Below, piece by piece: positions 62,269 to 64,000 of a stretch of DNA of 64,000 nt (positions are counted from its first letter, which is position 1; each line of letters starts with the position of its first letter). Source of the stretch: an uncultured Candidatus Rokubacteria bacterium (GTDB lineage: Bacteria; Methylomirabilota; Methylomirabilia; Rokubacteriales; DASRDR01). The position numbers and the translations under genes are program-made. The stretch covers positions 128,001-192,000 of the forward strand of contig CAWGVS010000007.1 of NCBI GenBank assembly GCA_963826115.1, given 5' to 3'. The notes below the pieces were generated by a model. That model had not been told where the DNA came from. It did not search any database and saw only the letters and a program-made list of their open reading frames with translations.

Positions 62269-63675
62269 ATGCGAGCGGACGGGTGCGGATGTCGACGGCG
62301 GCCGGCCGCGGGCCGGGCGGCCTTCGGGCTCGGGCTGGCGCTCGCCCTCGTGCTCGCCGGCTACGGCGCACCGGGACCGGCTCTCGCCCAGCGGGTGGAC
62401 CGCGACCGCGAGCTCCGCCCGCTCTACGACCCGCTCCTCGGGATGGAGGAGAGCGGGCGCATCCCCAAGGTCCCCCTCCCCTCGGACCTGCCCAACCCCG
62501 AGCGCTGGCGCTACATCCCCGAGGGCCGGATCATGCCGGGGAACGTCTTCCAGCGCCTGCTCGTGTCGAGCTTCATCACGCCGCAGATCTTCTTCAGCGA
62601 GGACGTCGGGCTCGGCGGCGGCATCGCCATCACCGACATCGACTTCCGCGAGCAGCGCCGGCGGGAGTTCCTGGGCGCGTTCGTCACGTACACGAGCGAG
62701 GGACAGGAGCGGTACCGGCTCGTCTGGCGGCGCTGGCTCCACCAGCGCGAGATCCCGGACGGCGGCGTCGCCATCGAGGAGCGGAGCTTCCTCGGCGTCG
62801 CCGGCGGCTACCAGCGGACGCTGACGCGGCGCTTCTTCGGCCTCGGACCGGACACCAAGGAGAGCGCGGAGTCGAGCTACACGGATGAGGTCACCGACGT
62901 GGGCCTCCGCGCGGACCTCGCCCTCCCGGGGCCCGGGAGCGAGTGGATCGGCACCTTCGGCCTGCGGGGCGAGCACCACAACCTGGCCCGCGGCCACGTC
63001 TCCGGCGTGCCCAGCACCGACGCCGCATTCCCCGCGGAGTTCACCACGGGGGACGGCGAGAGCCAGATGTTCGTGGCGGCGGGTCTCCGCTACGACACGC
63101 GCGACAGCCAGCATCAGCCCTACCGCGGCTGGCGCGTGGGCGTGGTCGCCGACGCGGCGCCGTGGCAGAGCGACGGCAGCATGGGCGCGGTCTTCACGGG
63201 CTACGGCAACGTCGTCATCCCGGTGCCCCCGCTCTTCCACTCCGGCGGCGATCCCGGCGAGGAGAACCCGCCCACCGACACGGTGGCGCTCGGATTCGAG
63301 GTCGACACGACCGTCGGGGACCTCCCCTTCTACGCCTTGCCGAGTCTCGGCGGGGGAAGCACGCTGCGCGGGTACATCGCCAACCGCTTCACCGACAACT
63401 CGGCGTGGCACGCGGTCGCGGAGTACCGCTTCTGGGTGATCCCGCGCGGGTTCCGGCTGACCCGCACGATCCGAATCGAGCGCGTCGGTCTCGCCCTGTT
63501 CGGCGAGCTCGGCACGGTGGCGCCCAGCCTGGGCGACCTGCCCGAGGCGAAGATCCACGCGAGCTACGGCGTGGGGGTCCGCGTCTCCCTGGAGCGGCTG
63601 GCCGTCTTTCGCGCGGACATGGGCTTCTCCGACGAGGGCATGAACCTCACCATCGCGTTCGGGCTCAGCTTCTGA
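62269..63675 (+). CDS. Omp85/BamA-TamA family outer-membrane beta-barrel protein
   Basis: Signal peptide, YDTRD, LGG..LRGY..RF, YGVGVR, C-terminal FGLSF. Confidence 0.85.
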   Translation: MRADGCGCRRRPAAGRAAFGLGLALALVLAGYGAPGPALAQRVDRDRELRPLYDPLLGMEESGRIPKVPLPSDLPNPERWRYIPEGRIMPGNVFQRLLVSSFITPQIFFSEDVGLGGGIAITDIDFREQRRREFLGAFVTYTSEGQERYRLVWRRWLHQREIPDGGVAIEERSFLGVAGGYQRTLTRRFFGLGPDTKESAESSYTDEVTDVGLRADLALPGPGSEWIGTFGLRGEHHNLARGHVSGVPSTDAAFPAEFTTGDGESQMFVAAGLRYDTRDSQHQPYRGWRVGVVADAAPWQSDGSMGAVFTGYGNVVIPVPPLFHSGGDPGEENPPTDTVALGFEVDTTVGDLPFYALPSLGGGSTLRGYIANRFTDNSAWHAVAEYRFWVIPRGFRLTRTIRIERVGLALFGELGTVAPSLGDLPEAKIHASYGVGVRVSLERLAVFRADMGFSDEGMNLTIAFGLSF

Positions 63676-63791
63676 CCGCCCGGCCGGGTGCGGCCGGCCC
63701 GGCCCGGAGGCCCCGTACCCCCCCAGGGACCGTTCTGCTACCCTAGGCCCCGCCGCACATGGCTATGCCTCCTCCGTCTGCCGATCGCGCC

Positions 63792-64000
63792 ATGGAGCTG
63801 TCGAGCACCCGACACGGCGATGCCGTGGTGCTGAGCCCTCAGGGTCGCATCGACCACGCCAGCGCCGACACGTTCAAGACCGCCCTCGCGCCCCACCTCG
63901 CCCAGTCCGGGCCCGGGCACCCTCTGGTGCTGGACCTCGGCAAGGTGGACTACATCTCGAGCGTGGGGCTCCGGGTCCTCATGCTCGCCTCCCGGCAGAC
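63792..64000 (+). CDS. STAS domain anti-sigma factor antagonist (partial)
   Basis: Not in the ORF track. MELSSTRHGDAVVLSPQGRIDHAS..LVLDLGKVDYISSVGLRVL. Confidence 0.9.
   Translation, partial: MELSSTRHGDAVVLSPQGRIDHASADTFKTALAPHLAQSGPGHPLVLDLGKVDYISSVGLRVLMLASRQ

Overview
A very GC-rich (by eye >70%), gene-dense bacterial chromosome segment from a diderm organism (lpxC and an Omp85 protein are present). Gene repertoire and style suggest Candidatus Rokubacteria/Methylomirabilota, but that is inference. Core blocks are yicC-gmk-rpoZ-coaBC-udg-priA-def-fmt-rsmB-rpe, a pyrR-pyrB-pyrC-carA-orf-carB-pyrF-pyrE operon with a PyrR-type leader, lpxC-DUF4390-ntrY-ntrX-ggt, and prmA-rsmE-archease. Accessory blocks are Ku/LigD NHEJ, a ChvG/ChvI-like two-component system divergent from a VIT-vWA sortase target plus class GN sortase, an SsuABC/TauABC-type ABC transporter, and several metabolic genes. 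The most notable observations are: (1) a self-promoted adenylation enzyme + ACP + LpxL-like acyltransferase cassette with AlmEFG-like logic; (2) a cNMP-domain/MalT-like helical/DASS transporter fusion; (3) an AhpD/CMD protein with an in-frame UGA (CxxU) followed by a SECIS-like hairpin; (4) several apparently catalytically degenerate proteins (PriA without Walker A, carbamate kinase, archease); (5) a consensus sigma-54 promoter on lpxC; (6) many leaderless-type starts and two genes lacking canonical start codons. No tRNA, rRNA, CRISPR or IS elements were recognised. Most long ORFs in the supplied track are high-GC shadow frames.
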